A stretch of DNA of 64,000 nt, from NCBI GenBank assembly GCA_951406725.2, contig OX597815.1:131192001-131256000 (forward strand), in the 5' to 3' direction. Shown here in pieces: positions 13,390-27,479 of this stretch. A model generated the notes under the pieces. It had not been told where the DNA came from, ran no database searches, and worked only from the letters and a program-made list of their open reading frames with translations. The stretch comes from Octopus vulgaris. Lineage: Eukaryota. Each line of letters opens with the position of its first letter. Positions within the stretch are counted from its first letter, which is position 1. The position numbers were made by a program, and so were the translations under genes.

Positions 13390-13523
13390 CTTGCTTCTCA
13401 ACCACATGATTCCGGGTTCAGTCCCACTGAATGACATCTTGGGCAAGTGTCTTCTACTACACAGCTGCGCTGATCAAAGCCTTGTGAGTGTATTTGGTAG
13501 GCAGAAACTGAAAGAAACCCGTC

Positions 13524-13525
<2 letters not shown>
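13390..13525 (+). mobile_element. SINE family B fragment
   Basis: CCGGGTTCAGTCCCACTG..CTTGGGCAAGTGTCTTCTACTA. Confidence 0.8.
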
Positions 13526-13588
<63 letters not shown>

Positions 13589-13683
13589 CGCACGCACATA
13601 CTCACACGCACACACGCACACACACAATATATATATATATATATTTGAAAAGATTTGTAGACGTACCGCACGATTAAGTATAT

Positions 13684-13801
13684 ATATATTAAAAATAAAC
13701 AAGATTGAAAATGCTACTTTCTTAAAACGGAAACATGTAAATTAAAACACACCTAATTTTAAGAAAGTAGCATTTTCATTCTTGTTTATCTTTAATATAT
13801 A
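13684..13801. repeat. Short fold-back element in (TA)n
   Basis: ATATTAAAAATAAACAAGATTGAAAATGCTACTTTCTTAAAA is inverted at 13757-13801. Confidence 0.75.
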
Positions 13802-13804
13802 TAT

Positions 13805-13883
13805 AGGGAGAGTTTACGAAAAAAACAAAAAAACGAAGACAGGTGGTGTACAAAACAAACAGATATATTAGTATAACGCTCAG

Positions 13884-13886
<3 letters not shown>
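13805..13886 (-). mobile_element. Terminal fragment of the Neptune pLTR family
   Basis: GAAGACAGGTGGTGTA..AAACAAACAGAT is the reverse complement of 31978-32010. Confidence 0.65.
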
Positions 13887-13925
<39 letters not shown>

Positions 13926-13931
13926 ATAATA

Positions 13932-14140
13932 TTATCGCCATACTAATATGGCATTCTTATAAAAATAAGAAAAAAGCTGTCCGCTTATTAGCTCCATGAG
14001 GCCTCATGGAGCTAATAAGCGGACAGCTTTTTTCTTATTTTTATAAGAATGCCATATTAGTATGGCGATAACTATTATTTTCCGGGAACGCTGCCGCTGT
14101 TCTCTTTTAAAGAGACTTAGTTATTTTAATATTTCTATTA
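13932..14140. repeat. Perfect 140-bp palindrome (13932-14071) formed by the family 3 element 3' end
   Basis: 70-bp arms with no spacer, centred on ATGAGG|CCTCAT (14001/14002); homologous to 7045-7180. Confidence 0.9.
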
Positions 14141-14484
14141 TATATATATATATATATATATAGGCAAGAATGAGGAACAAATTTCAAAGGTCTGTACCTG
14201 CATCAAAAAATTTAGTGTAAAGCATCCAAATTTTACGTATCGAAGGATGGAATCCAAGGAACGGTTTACAATGAATTAATATGAATCGTTAGTGAGTACG
14301 TTTGAAATGCGCGAGTTTTTCACCCATAACAATTGACCACATTTCTCTCGCATGAACAATATGCGTCCATTCAACATCCGTAATTTTAGGAAAATTATTA
14401 TATTTTTAGGATTTTTTTTACAAATCTTCTAAAATAATTTTAATATAATCTTAAAACGCGTTTTTGTTTCGAAATTATATAATA

Positions 14485-14514
14485 CTAGCTATTTTGACCC
14501 GTGCTTCGCTCGGG
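14485..14514 (-). mobile_element. Helitron 3' terminus (hairpin + CTAG)
   Basis: Minus strand CCCGAGCGAAGCACGGG hairpin, then 10 nt, then CTAG|T; 5' end not located. Confidence 0.55.
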
Positions 14515-14924
14515 CTTTGGTGGGGGTGTTGTCTCCTTTTCCTTTTCTTCTTTTGTTCATCTTCTTTGCCTGGTTCTTTTTATTGCCCTCTTCTTTTTCG
14601 TTTTCTTATTTTTTCTTCGTCTTTATCGTCTTTTTCTTCTTTCTCTTCTTCCACTCTTTCTTTTCTCCTTCCCATCATAACACAACGACACTGGTTGTTC
14701 AAGCGGTGGAGGGGTACAAATAAAGACACACAAACACACGCACGCGCGGGCACACACATATATGAAAGTCGTCAAAGACATACATGCACATATACACACA
14801 CACGCGGACGCAAACATACACCTCCAGCAATAGAGAGCAGTCGCAATATTTAATTCCATAACAGCTACCTCTGATCAGCGCAGAGTTACATAATTGGACA
14901 GCTACCAAACACTATGCTGAATCA

Positions 14925-15530
14925 CTTGCACGAAACTTATTTATATGGCCCGATTCCAGGCACAGGTGACACTTCAGAGGACGTCCCTCAACCATCACCG
15001 GGTACCTGGAACCGGCCATAGTTAAAAAAATTTGATAAAACTAGATCATCGGTGATTGGGTCCATAGGGTCAAAATTGCTTTTGACCCCATCCAATCAAC
15101 CGCAGGCAACATTTTTACATTTAAGAGCCTGGCAGGGCCACCACCCAGGCCCCGACGGATAGTGTCGTCTATCCACGCGGCCTCTATACCGGGTGGCAGC
15201 CGACACACCCAGGCTCTTGTCAACTTTCTACTGCCATAAGTAGGGAGAACAATATTTTCTCCCACTCCAAAGGCATGCTTACAAAATCGCGAGCTTCAGC
15301 ATGGGTGTCAAAATGTACACACACAGTTTCATACTTTTAACCCCTGCGGATAAACCTAACATTTGGCAGATAGTCTGCCAAGTCCTCAATTTCTTCTTCA
15401 GAGAAGACCTTGATGTTGTCAAGGACACTGATATAGGTCCGTAACACCACCGTTCTCTCCGTATAATTTTCCAACCATTCTTTGGAGGCCACAATTTGCC
15501 ACTTCAAAGCAGATTTTACAGCTGCCATGT
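14925..15530 (-). pseudogene. Decayed gag-like/ORF1 protein with zinc knuckle (L1/Tx1-like retroelement)
   Basis: Frameshifted reading MAAVKSALKW..ERTVVLR..RLPPGIEAAWID..VMVEGRPLKCHLCLESGHINKFR (CX2CX4HX4[C>R]). Confidence 0.65.
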
Positions 15531-15884
15531 TGATTGCCAAAACAAAAATAAAAGTCCACAAACCAAAATTAAAATGTTCAAATGAAAGTCTATACAGAAA
15601 CTCAAATAAGATCAGAAAGACAGACAGGAGAAGAAAGAACGAAGGAGGATAGTCCAAAATGGCAACACAACACAACACAATTCTGCTACTCTGGTAATCC
15701 AAACTGGTAGTCCTTCGCAGCAAAAATAGTATTCCGTCCAACTCTGGCTGTACTCCTATCCTTTATGGTAAAGATCCACTTGAAAGGGCATAAACACAGT
15801 CAAAGAAATTTGCAAAAACTTTTCAGAGTGACACGCCTTCCAAAATAAACACACTTCTCACTACGCAGTGAGTCTTCTTCATTC

Positions 15885-17220
15885 TTAACTAAGGTGGGTG
15901 CTTTTATAGGAATAGTAAAATAGTAAATAGTAAAATGTCTGTCTAATTTCGAACAACCTCACTCAGATCCCCAGATTAGACACACAGTACCACTGGCAAA
16001 CAAATGCCTAGGACCCAGTGGAGACTTCTGTTCGAAAAACATACTTAAATACAAACAGCAGACCCCACTAAGCTCCCAAAAAAACAGATGCTTTACTTGT
16101 GGTCATGCTTCAAATGTTCTATTTTTCATGTACAACGTGACTTCCACCGCGATGAAAAACACGCGACAACTTGGAGACAGCAAGCGAGCTACTTACCACA
16201 CAACCACTCCTGCGCCTATATATTACATATATATATATTTATATATATATGTATGCTTACGAAGACGTACACGCACGCACATATCGTCATATTCATGTGG
16301 GCATGTTTGTGTAGTATGCATGTGATAAATTTTGCTTTAAGCTGAAACTTGTGTGCCCGCGTGGTTTTGTTATTTTGTTATTTCTCAATGCAAACCATCG
16401 TTTTTTTCTTGTAGGAGTTACTTTATTCAGTTTCCTTCATTTAGTCTATGAAGGAAATTGTTTTGAATACTTAACTATTCATTATTAGTGATAAATATTA
16501 TTCAACTGATAGCAGTGAAGATCACCCAAAAAACAAAACAAAAACGAAACTGCTTTTAGAAATAAAATGAATTTCAGCATTAATTAATAATAAACTTATA
16601 TGACAGCTTCGATGGATAAGATGGTACTCATAAGCTGTGGGAGTGAAGAGGAAGCTTTCGTTTCAGTGCAGTGTCTTCGTTTGGGGGAGGAAGAAAAGAG
16701 AAAAAATGTAAACGATAGATAAATACAGAAAAAAAATGGAAATGTATTTGCAGGTGTAGCTTATGACCATTTTTCTTTAATTCTATCTTATATAGAAAAA
16801 TTCAGTTGTCTATTTTATGTTCATTCTAATTTTTCTTGGTCTTTTATTATAATAATTAACCCCCGTGTTGACAGTTGCAGATTGGCGCTTTGTTAGAATC
16901 TCGGACGAAGCGTTTCACGCTTTTTTTTGTTTCAGTTTTCTCTTTCAATTCTCTTCAACGTCAACTTTATCCTTCTTCTTTTCGGCATTGATAAACTGAA
17001 ATATGTATAATGTATTAGAACCGATTTACTTGACTTTATCCTGCTGCCAAAAGAAAAAAATTATTTTACGTGTCCATTTAAGAAAATGTTCATTTCGTTA
17101 TTCATAACTAAGGTGGGTGCTTTTATAGGAATGCCAAATCTGTTCAGTAAATAGTAAAATGTGTGTCTAATTTCGAAATACCTCACTCAGATCCCCAGAC
17201 TAGACACACAGTATCACTGA
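15885..17220 (+). repeat. ~110-bp direct repeat pair (15885-15995 and 17105-17220)
   Basis: TAACTAAGGTGGGTGCTTTTATAGGAAT..CCTCACTCAGATCCCCAGA.TAGACACACAGTA present twice. Confidence 0.8.
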
Positions 17221-19521
17221 ATTTTTATAAAAAGCACGACTAGCTCCGTGAGATTAACTATTTCTCCGTGAAATGTACGAAAATCTATGTGAACAAGATT
17301 TTACCAGTTAGTATTGCTGGTAGAAAATCTACATGAATTTCCGCCAAATTGTATCTCCAAAGGTTCTAGAAGCTTTGATAAAAATTACAAAAAGCTGGAG
17401 TATTAAACGCCGAGACAGAACAAGCACAGGTGCAACTCGGAACTCAATTACTCAGATGCATGATAGGTGGTCTCACTTTTTCTTCATGTTCTGCCTATAA
17501 CAACTATGAACAACTGCTTATATAGTAAACTAAAATAATTCTACTTAAGGCTGTGAAGACATAAAATTATCACATACATGATAACATGAATTCATTGTAC
17601 ATATGTAAATACAATTCTTCGAAGTAATACAAATATGGAAACATATTATTATTAGTGAAATCATTCTCATTTTAGCATGCAACCTGCCATCCTATCCTCC
17701 TGCTGTAGAATATTTCCAATAATGATATAATGACTATCAACAAGTATTGTTTGAGTGTGAAAATTTAGGGGAGAAAATAGTGGTGGAAATTATCATCATG
17801 TACCATATAACACGTGTCTATGGTGGTGTCAGAGACGGCGTTTATCTGCTATAAATTCTTCTCTACAATCTTGTGGCTTTCTGCAAATGTAGAAAATTAC
17901 ATGTTCAGTAAAATATTGACATCACTTGTGTAAAGATGCATATTCTTAATTAACTGATTATCTTGCTGAGTTTTCAGATCAAGTATATTTAAATGTCTCA
18001 GTTACATTCTTAATGTTGTTAGTAAAAGTATGACTTTTATTGATTTATTGTGTCTGGAGCATAGGCTAATGTCCATGGCCTTCATAGATCTCCCATGACC
18101 GGTGAAATCAGTGGCATTGATGTTCTTTTTGAACTATTACAAAAAAAAAATCAAAACACCTGCCTGAAAGACATGAGCTAAACGATAGTTCAGACAGGTC
18201 GACGCTCTAGAAACAAAGAATTGGGTGTTGTGATTAGTTCGGAGCCTTCATCAACAGAGATGAGAGGAAAGGAGACGACTGGATTGGGAATGTTTGGTTA
18301 AAATTAGCACAAGCCCAGCCAAATCCGAGGAGCAATAGAAGAGAGAAAGAGAGGAGACTGTGGATCAGAGGCTGGAATGTCTGTGAGTAAGTTAATGCTA
18401 GCATTCCAATTTTTTCTTACCCTGAAATTCTTTTAGCTAACCTCACTTTCATATTTTAGTCACTTTTGTGCTCATAACACTAAAAAAATTGAAAAACTAA
18501 AGAAAATAATAACGTCTCGACTTGGAATTGTTTCTATGATTACGTATATGAAGAATCATAATTATCAGTTATGATATGTGTTACAATAATTGTGTTTGTG
18601 ATTGTTTTAGTTTTCTTTTCAATTACTGTAAGTAATTATTTTTCCGGTGACTAAGAGATTTGTTGGATTGTGACTTTTGACTAGCAAGCATACCAGAGTT
18701 TTCAGATGCATTTCTAAGAAACTGTCATTAATGATTTTCTCATTATTTATTTCTTTTGTTTTGTCTTGCTGCTTGCAACTCAGGTATCTACGATATTACC
18801 ATTGTAGTGACTAAAATCTCATCAATTATTCAATTATTTTGTCATATGGTTTCTCTATTGCTGCTCTTACAAGAAGTCAGTTTGCTTCTCTTCCATAATA
18901 TCTTTAGGTTTTTCTCCATACTATTAATTAAAATGCAAATCAGACTTCATTTTAGTTCTTTTAAAACAAACATACTTGTAAAAGATTACGAAATTGACTT
19001 ATCTCTTCTCATCGAATGCTTAAAACTAGCTTTTGTTTTTGCATAGTTAGTTCGGTAATACCAGATAATATGGTAGCCATTTATATGGAATTACAGTCGT
19101 ACAATGAAGTGTGCTATTAGTTAAAAATAAAATATCTCGGATTTTCTGCAAAAGTCATTTATTATGCTTCTTCACTGAAGTAAAATATTTTGCTGATTAA
19201 AATCAAACAGCTTTGTCTCGAAATTCAACTCATCGTTTATATAACTTTCTCTTTAAGCATGATGGGGAACAGTATTGGTAAGGTACTATATAAAATGCCT
19301 CTTGGTGTTCAACTACCTACCTTCAGCAAAAAGAGCCCGATATAATAAATACCAGCGTTTAAAAAATAGCTACTGCAGTCGATTCATTCGACTTAATTCT
19401 TCAAAGCAGTGCCCCAACATGGGCACAGTATAATAACAGAAACAAGTAAAAGGCAAAAGACAGAAGGATATAGTATAAAAAATTTCCAGTTTACTGTTTG
19501 ATACATACATACATACATACA

Positions 19522-19556
<35 letters not shown>

Positions 19557-19719
19557 TTATATATATATATATGTATGTATAAGTATACACACATATATAC
19601 TGGTTTAATTCTATTAATAACAAGAAATGCACTAAGTTTATCCAGTTTGACATTTCTGGTTTCTATTCCTCTATCAACCCAATCATACTTAACAAGGCAC
19701 TCTGGTTCGCTCACAACAA

Positions 19720-21505
19720 AGCAGGTCTCAATAGGGACGAAAATAATGTCGTATTAGCCGCCAGAAAATCTATTATTAAATTCGATAATAAGCTATGGGT
19801 CCGGCAAGATATACCCGACCACGATGGGAAGTTCTGGTACATATATCCTTTATGAGATGGCTGACTAATACCCAAACATCAATGAAAGTCTATATAGTGA
19901 TGATTGTCTACTCTACCTTCAAAATGCTTTTAATCAAAAATTGCAAAGGGTTAAGAATAGCTTTGTTAAATTTTTCCGAAACATAGGTTTAAGTATTGTT
20001 TTTTACGATGATATAACAAAAGCCAACTTTTTGGATATTACCCGTAACTTGCATAATGATTCATATTTCCCATACCATAAACTCTCACCTAATTTAAAAT
20101 ATATTAGCTTTTTCAGTAATCGCTCTAAGGCTATTACAAAGAATTTAGTTAGGAATATTTCACTTAGACTTTCTAGATTATCTGCTAATGTTGATAACTT
20201 CAACGATAAAGCTGAATTGTATAGCTCTACCTTACTTAAAGCAGGCTATAAAGAAGAAATTACCTATATTAAACCTATTGACGTTAAATCTTCCTCTATT
20301 TATCAGGACATGAAATCAAATTGTAACGATATTTAAAATATTAATTTTATTTCGAATAGCAGCACCAAATCGAGTAATGTAATTCTGCAGCGTAAGGGAG
20401 ATAACCGTTATTTAAGACCCTTTTTTTTCATTATAAAGGTACATCGAGGACTTTTAAAGATAATTACCCTAATAACAAGGTATGTCCTAGCAAACTGTTT
20501 GGTTAATAATTCCATATATTAAGCAAATCGAATCCAACCTCCCTTACCAGTTTCGTGAAGCTATAGAAAGGAATTTCTCAAGAAATTCAAGGTACTTTTC
20601 GATTATTAATTCACACCGAATCGGGATAGGTTTTTCTAACACAAAAATCTTCCACAAATCATCTCTTCGCATAATAATAAGTTGTTAAATACAAATCCAC
20701 TTAATGAAAATACAAACATTGATTTTGTTAACGCTAACCATTCTTTAAATAATAATAACAGCGGGGTTATTGTTTCTGAAGTTGACTCCATTCGCATTCA
20801 TTTTCTTAGCTGTAATTCTAAGACTGGAAACTCTATTTATCAATGTAAATTTACTTCCGGTTCTGATGTCTTTTTTATATTGGTAGTTCTTCATCTCACT
20901 TATCCAAAAGATTATCTAATCAGTACTTTACATTTAGCTATATCAATAAACGTAACAATACTGGGCTTAGTATATTAATCTGGTATCTAAAAGATCATAA
21001 ACAATTTGATTTGGAATGGAATATTCTCTCTATATCTTTACCGCATGATAAAGGCAAATCGTTTTGTTCGCTTTGTAACAGTGAAACGTGTTTATCGTTG
21101 CAAACATTGGTAGAAACATACCTTTAGTTCCTATAAATGATTGCTAGCATTCTATAAAATTCGACCTTTGACTGTCTTCTTACATTTCACTTCCACTAAA
21201 AATATATCTACTTCCATGTCTTTAAGCTTTATTCGAATTCACCTATCGCTGTATATCTCTTCACTATTAGTTTTCTTTCTTTCTCCTTCTCTTTCTATAA
21301 ACTAGCTTGACGTTGTATCTACTAACAGTTTTTTTTTAAAAAACCTGATACCGTTCCCTTCATCATATGCGCAGTCATCACATTCTGACGAGAAGATTGC
21401 ATTGTTTTACATAACCTTATTCTTTCTGGAATAATAGCAATATTTTCTTCGAAACATATTGGAAGTAAAAAGATTTGAATAACAACTGCGTTTAACTCCA
21501 TTTAT
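19720..21505 (+). pseudogene. Decayed Penelope-like element (RT thumb, GIY-YIG remnant, 3' pLTR)
   Basis: ANFLDITRNLHNDSYFPYHK..SNRSKAITKNL..RLSRLS..LLKAGY; later SIYQCKF..YIGSS and FCSLCNSE; hammerhead-like motif near the 3' end. Confidence 0.75.
21378..21466 (+). ncRNA. Degenerate hammerhead motif in PLE 3' end
   Basis: CTGACGA-GAAGA..TCTTC-GAAAC; stems I and III have decayed. Confidence 0.55.
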
Positions 21506-21654
21506 TTATTCATCTATATATACATATATAGGTATACATATACATACACATGCATACATACATACATATATATGTACATATATATATATATGTATATATA
21601 TATATACATATATGTATATATATATATATATACATGTATATATATATATACTCG

Positions 21655-21697
<43 letters not shown>

Positions 21698-21722
21698 ATA
21701 TATGTACATATATATATATATT

Positions 21723-21781
21723 TATAACAAAACTGTCCGACGAACGAGAACGTGAAACTCTAAGTAACAGCTTTTGTTATA
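21723..21781 (+). ncRNA. Minimal type I hammerhead (CCGACGA core variant)
   Basis: TATAACAAAACTGT-CCGACGA-ACG agaa CGT-GAAAC tctaa GTA-ACAGCTTTTGTTATA; same family as 39423-39580. Confidence 0.75.
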
Positions 21782-21889
21782 TTTCTGCTGCTTTTAAATA
21801 AAGTGATTCGAATGATCCTATCAGGTGGTGCTATTAAGTTAGACATGGCCTGGACCAATCTTTGGTCGAAACATACGTAAGTTTATCTA

Positions 21890-21925
<36 letters not shown>

Positions 21926-22229
21926 CAGATGCACACGTATATATATATGCATATATATGTATCTACTTATGCATACATATATACACATACACACGTGAAT
22001 GTAATATAACTAAGTGAGTATATCTCTACTCTTCTTAATCAAAAGATTAAGCGCAAAGTCGATCAACGTATAATTACATTGCAATTGTATAATACAAGAC
22101 AGTGACACTAATCACTCGGCAAAAATGAAATAGAGAAATTTATCTTCACCGTGTTAATGAGAATATGATTAGTATCATCTCACAGATTGACAATTTTCTC
22201 TCATAACAAATTTATTGTAAGTCCTTCTA

Positions 22230-22362
22230 AGCGTGGCTGTGTGGTAAGAAGCTTGCTTCTTAACCGTATGGCTCCTGGATGCGTGGGCATCTTGGTGCAA
22301 GTATATTATACTATAGCCTTGTGAGTGGATTTAGTTGACGGAAACTGAAAAATGTCCGTCGG
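22230..22362 (+). mobile_element. SINE family B fragment
   Basis: GCGTGGCTGTGTGGTAAGAAGCTTGCTT..GTGAGTGGATTT..GACGGAAACTGAAA. Confidence 0.75.
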
Positions 22363-22490
<128 letters not shown>

Positions 22491-22640
22491 GCCTGTCTGT
22501 CTGTCTGCCTGCCTGCCTGTTTGTCTGTGTGTGTGTATGTGTCTTTGTGTCGGTTTTTGTCCTCCCCATCACCACTCATACGCACACACGCACACACACA
22601 CACACAAACACATACATATACATACAAACATCTATCTATC

Positions 22641-22698
<58 letters not shown>

Positions 22699-23149
22699 AA
22701 CATACAGTACAGGCGGAAAAGGGCATATTCGAGAAACTATTGCTCACAACGATCCCTTCGACCCATCCCGGGGGTGGGATACTATACAACTAATTGTAGT
22801 GCTTCCCTCGATGCAGAAGTGTCTTTTTCAATGGGTATATAGTTAAATAAACCCTGTTTCGCTCTGTTTTGATACAGCATATTGTTAGTGACAGTAACGT
22901 TTAGCCCTTGAACAGGAATGGCGAGGGACAGATTCCTTTACAATGTTATAAATGATCTACATGTATTTAATAGTAAATATTTTTATATAGACCAGTCATA
23001 AAACGCACACATTAATATGTGCTGTCTGAAGTAGGAAAGCAGCAGACATATTGATTAATTATTGGAAATCATTCGACTCTATTCACCACACACTTTTGCT
23101 GAAATCTTTGCATTTAGCAAAAATAACTGCAACCTTGTGTTGCCATTGT

Positions 23150-24040
23150 GATGCTTACTAAGACCTGGAGAACAATGTTCACACTTACAACTGACAGCAG
23201 AATAATTGTCTCCAATGTTATAAATATTTAAAAGGGAATATTCCAAGGGGACACTATTTCTGCAATTCTGTTCATTTTGGCATTAAATCCATTATCATTC
23301 CTGCTACAAACATCAACGGGCAATATGCCAGGGTCTGCAAGTGCTAGAGATATTAATGTAATTCATAATTTCTTCGAAGATGACCTAAAGATTTATACCA
23401 AAACTGTTAACAACGCAATGTTATATATCTGTGGAATTCTTTGTGCAGAACAGGAGAAATATATTTGTAGATGACCTAAAGATTCGTAGATGACCTAAAG
23501 ATTTATACCAAAAACGTTAACAACGCACTCCCCCACCCCCAAAAAACAAGATGGAGTTAATAACAATTTCAGGTGACATAAGAATGGAATTTGGCCAATA
23601 GAAATGTTCATATTTGATTGTTGAAAGCGGAAAATCATTACCTACGACCCAAAAATCCTGTGCATCAACAGTCTCATTATTTCTCCTGTTTTGCACAAAG
23701 AATGCCACAAATATATAAACATTGGAGAAAATATATCATACGAACGTCGTGAGAATAAAAATAAATGATCTGAGAATATAATACGTAACAAAAACATTTG
23801 GCAGTCGGAACTCTATGCTTACAATAAGACAATATCCCACAATACGTTTGCAGTAAATGGATACTTGACTGGTCTGTAGAGGAAATCTCCATAGAAATTG
23901 ATATCTAAAGATCCTAATATCAGCTGGAAACTTCAACAGAAATAGTGATGTCGACAGGCTCTACCTAAGAAGAGATGAAGAAGGTAGAGGCTTGAGATCA
24001 GTGCAGACAGCCTTCAAATGTCGTACAGTCTCAGACAGTA
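23150..24040 (+). pseudogene. Rearranged Dong/R4-like LINE RT fragments
   Basis: KGIFQGDTISAILFILALNPLS, FEDDLKIY, SDVDRLYLRRDEEGRGL; small internal duplication and inversion. Confidence 0.75.
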
Positions 24041-24124
24041 ATTGTAAACAACAACAGCAAAAGTAAACACATAAACTTAGAAATGAAAAGAGAACAATAT
24101 CCTCAGGAGTATTTTCTTTCTGAG

Positions 24125-24535
<411 letters not shown>

Positions 24536-24659
24536 TCAGAGCATCACAACAAATCACAGCACATACCCAAGGCACACAGAGCTGCGCTCGGTAGTGAAGT
24601 GAAAGCACGCTATAAAAATAAAAATAAAACTACTGAATAATATAATAATAATAATAATG

Positions 24660-24890
24660 ACAAACTGCTAGTGGAACAGAAAGGGTGCAGAAGGAAAATC
24701 CGAGGGACAAAAGACCAACTTCTAATATTCAGAATGGTACTGAACGACTGCAAGAAAAAGACTAATCTGGGCATGGCGTGGATCGATTATAGAAAGCGTA
24801 TGACATCATCCCCTGTTCCTGGATTTCAGAAAGTCTTGAGCTTGTACAAGTGTCTAACTTCAAATTTTATTAGGAGACCATGTAAGACTG
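24660..24890 (+). pseudogene. Dong/R4-like RT fragment
   Basis: [28 protein letters not shown]. Confidence 0.75.
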
Positions 24891-25495
24891 TTCTCAAGGT
24901 TAAGATGTAACGTTGTTTATGTTATCTACATTGCAACGATAAAGGCTGTGCTTCTTTGTAAGAAACCAGCTCCTTCCTGATAAGAAGATTTCTAATAATT
25001 AAAAGCAGAAGGAACTATGTGAGCATATCTCAATCCAACTTTATCAATTAAATGATAGCTCAACGTATAATTATATTGTAATTATAAACAACACTGAGCT
25101 ACGACACTAATCAATCATGAGATCTGAAATAAAAAGAAACTTTTATACACCACGTTAAAGAGAATATGATTAGCAATATCTCACAGATTTACAATTCTCT
25201 CTTGCGATAGATGTTTTGCAATTCTTTCTCTAACTGATAATTAACATGATAACAAGAACAAATATTTTGCGTATAACACACATAACCCACTGCCTAGCTA
25301 TACTTTCCATTTCTCTCATCCTTAATACTAATATTTATGCGCAATTACATATTTATATATATATATTGGACCCTGGGACCAATAAAAAACAGCCCACACA
25401 CACACAAACACATGTATACACATATACACACACACAAAGACACACACACTCACACCATTCTGACCTCCATACAGACACACATATACACACACACG

Positions 25496-25562
<67 letters not shown>

Positions 25563-25593
25563 CACCATGACAAATGCCAACAACTCCACTTTG

Positions 25594-25627
<34 letters not shown>

Positions 25628-25629
<2 letters not shown>

Positions 25630-25835
25630 TATGGCTGCCCCCTCGTTATCGAGTAAGGCCATTGCACGAAGCTTAACTGTTACTGGTGCTGTGATCGAAT
25701 GTGACATTTTAGCCCAGCTAAAGATCTACAATGTCTTGTACAAAATTGGCAACTAAAACCTTTACTGGTAATAGCCGGCTGTAGTTGTAACTGGGCTTCG
25801 TGTACCTTTGGATGTTGTTTAAGTCCTCCTGTCGA
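25628..25835 (-). mobile_element. RTE-like LINE 3' end with C-terminal C2H2 finger
   Basis: FSCQFCTRHCRSLAGLKCHIRSQH followed by a short 3' UTR ending GAGGGGCAGCCATAAT. Confidence 0.6.
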
Positions 25836-25884
25836 ATTACACTCTCTTCCACACACACACACACGCACATGTATATATAGTTCA

Positions 25885-26060
25885 TATTTACAGAAAAACA
25901 AAAGACGAAGACAGGTGTTGGAGCAACAAATAGGTGTATTAATTTGACGCTCGGGAAAAATGGAAGTCTTTTACGTTTCGAGCATACGCTCTTCGGCAGA
26001 AACGAAAAGGAGAAAAAAATATGGAGAGAGAATGAAAAAGAAAAGAACGGAGAGAGAGAA
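25885..26060 (-). mobile_element. Neptune pLTR-family fragment with hammerhead-like motif
   Basis: Minus strand CTGCCGAA-GAGCGTATGCTC-GAAACGTA-AAAGAC; homologous to 231-426 and 31853-32035. Confidence 0.65.
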
Positions 26061-26137
26061 AAACTGTGTAGAGTTCAGCGGTCCAGCATGGAAGAAGTTA
26101 AAATGGAGAGAGAATGGCAAAGTTATTAACATACAGA

Positions 26138-26436
26138 TGGTGGATTCTTAGCAATTTTTCAATCGAAATGCATAAATATGTGTCACTAAGGCGACTGAGG
26201 TCGCTATTCAGCACCAGTATAAGATTCAAATGAGTCAAAACAACTTATAGCCATAATTACGTGAAATCACTAGTGATCTGGCCTCCCTTGTTAGTAAATA
26301 AGATGGTGCGTTATTGTGGCTAGAAGTTGTTATGACTCTTATTACAAGCAAAACTGGCGCTGATTAGCGCCCTCAGTTGCTTTAGTGACGTATGTATTTT
26401 TGCCTTTCGGTTGAATAATTGATAAAAAGCCACCCA
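26138..26436. repeat. Diverged fold-back element containing a hammerhead 3' half
   Basis: GTCACTAAGGCGACTGAGG..CAGCACCAGT is inverted at 26353-26389; the centre has GAAA-TCACTAGTGA-TC followed by CCTCCCTTG. Confidence 0.6.
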
Positions 26437-26448
26437 TATATATATATA

Positions 26449-26766
26449 CTAGCAGTATCGCCCGGCGTTGCTCGGGTTTGTAAGGGAAATAACTATAAAG
26501 CATTTTTAGAGAGTTATAGCTAAAAAATGTAAAAAAAAATGGTAAATTTTATTTTTAGTTAAAAAGGTCGAGTTGCGTCCCCTAGACAGTCTGTTGTTTG
26601 CGTTTCTGCTTCTCGACCCCATGTCGAATTTATCGATTTTTTTCATAACTGGGGGAAGTTTTCAAAATTTCCGCTGCGTTAGTTTTGAATTATGACATTG
26701 GGCTATGTGTGTGTCAAGTTTCATCAGAATCGGTTGAAAGCCGTGGTCAGGGTGAGGGTATATGCC

Positions 26767-26772
<6 letters not shown>
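26449..26772 (-). mobile_element. Non-autonomous Helitron
   Basis: Reverse complement of 44591-44964; hairpin CCCGAGCAACGCCGGG followed by CTAG. Confidence 0.8.
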
Positions 26773-26849
<77 letters not shown>

Positions 26850-26872
26850 TGTATATGTATGTATATATATAC

Positions 26873-26904
<32 letters not shown>

Positions 26905-26995
26905 CTTTATATACTATACACACATATATATGTATATGAATGTATGTGTGAGTATAGATATGTATGCATGCACATAATGTATATAGTTATGTATG

Positions 26996-27046
<51 letters not shown>

Positions 27047-27099
27047 ATGTGTGTATTCAGATGGGTATGTATATATATATATAAGTATATGCGCGCCGC

Positions 27100-27146
<47 letters not shown>

Positions 27147-27479
27147 CGAAGTTAATGATGTCACCTGAAGGCAATTATGGAATAGCAGTAACCGTACTGA
27201 AATATTAAATCTTCTTTTAGCCTCTCACATCTAATATTTGTTTTTGTTTATTACATACTCCACTGTGGAAATATTGCCATTCATGTATCCTGGATTTTCA
27301 GATGCATAATCACATTCAGTTACACTGTAATTTAATTAATGTGTGACATGATAGTCACTTCCTCACCTGGGGTGTTTATCGTGAGTTACACTTAATTCTC
27401 CTAATCCAATTTTCCATTTTCCATATATACATACATACATTCATACATACATACATATATGCATACTCAAATGCAGGTC

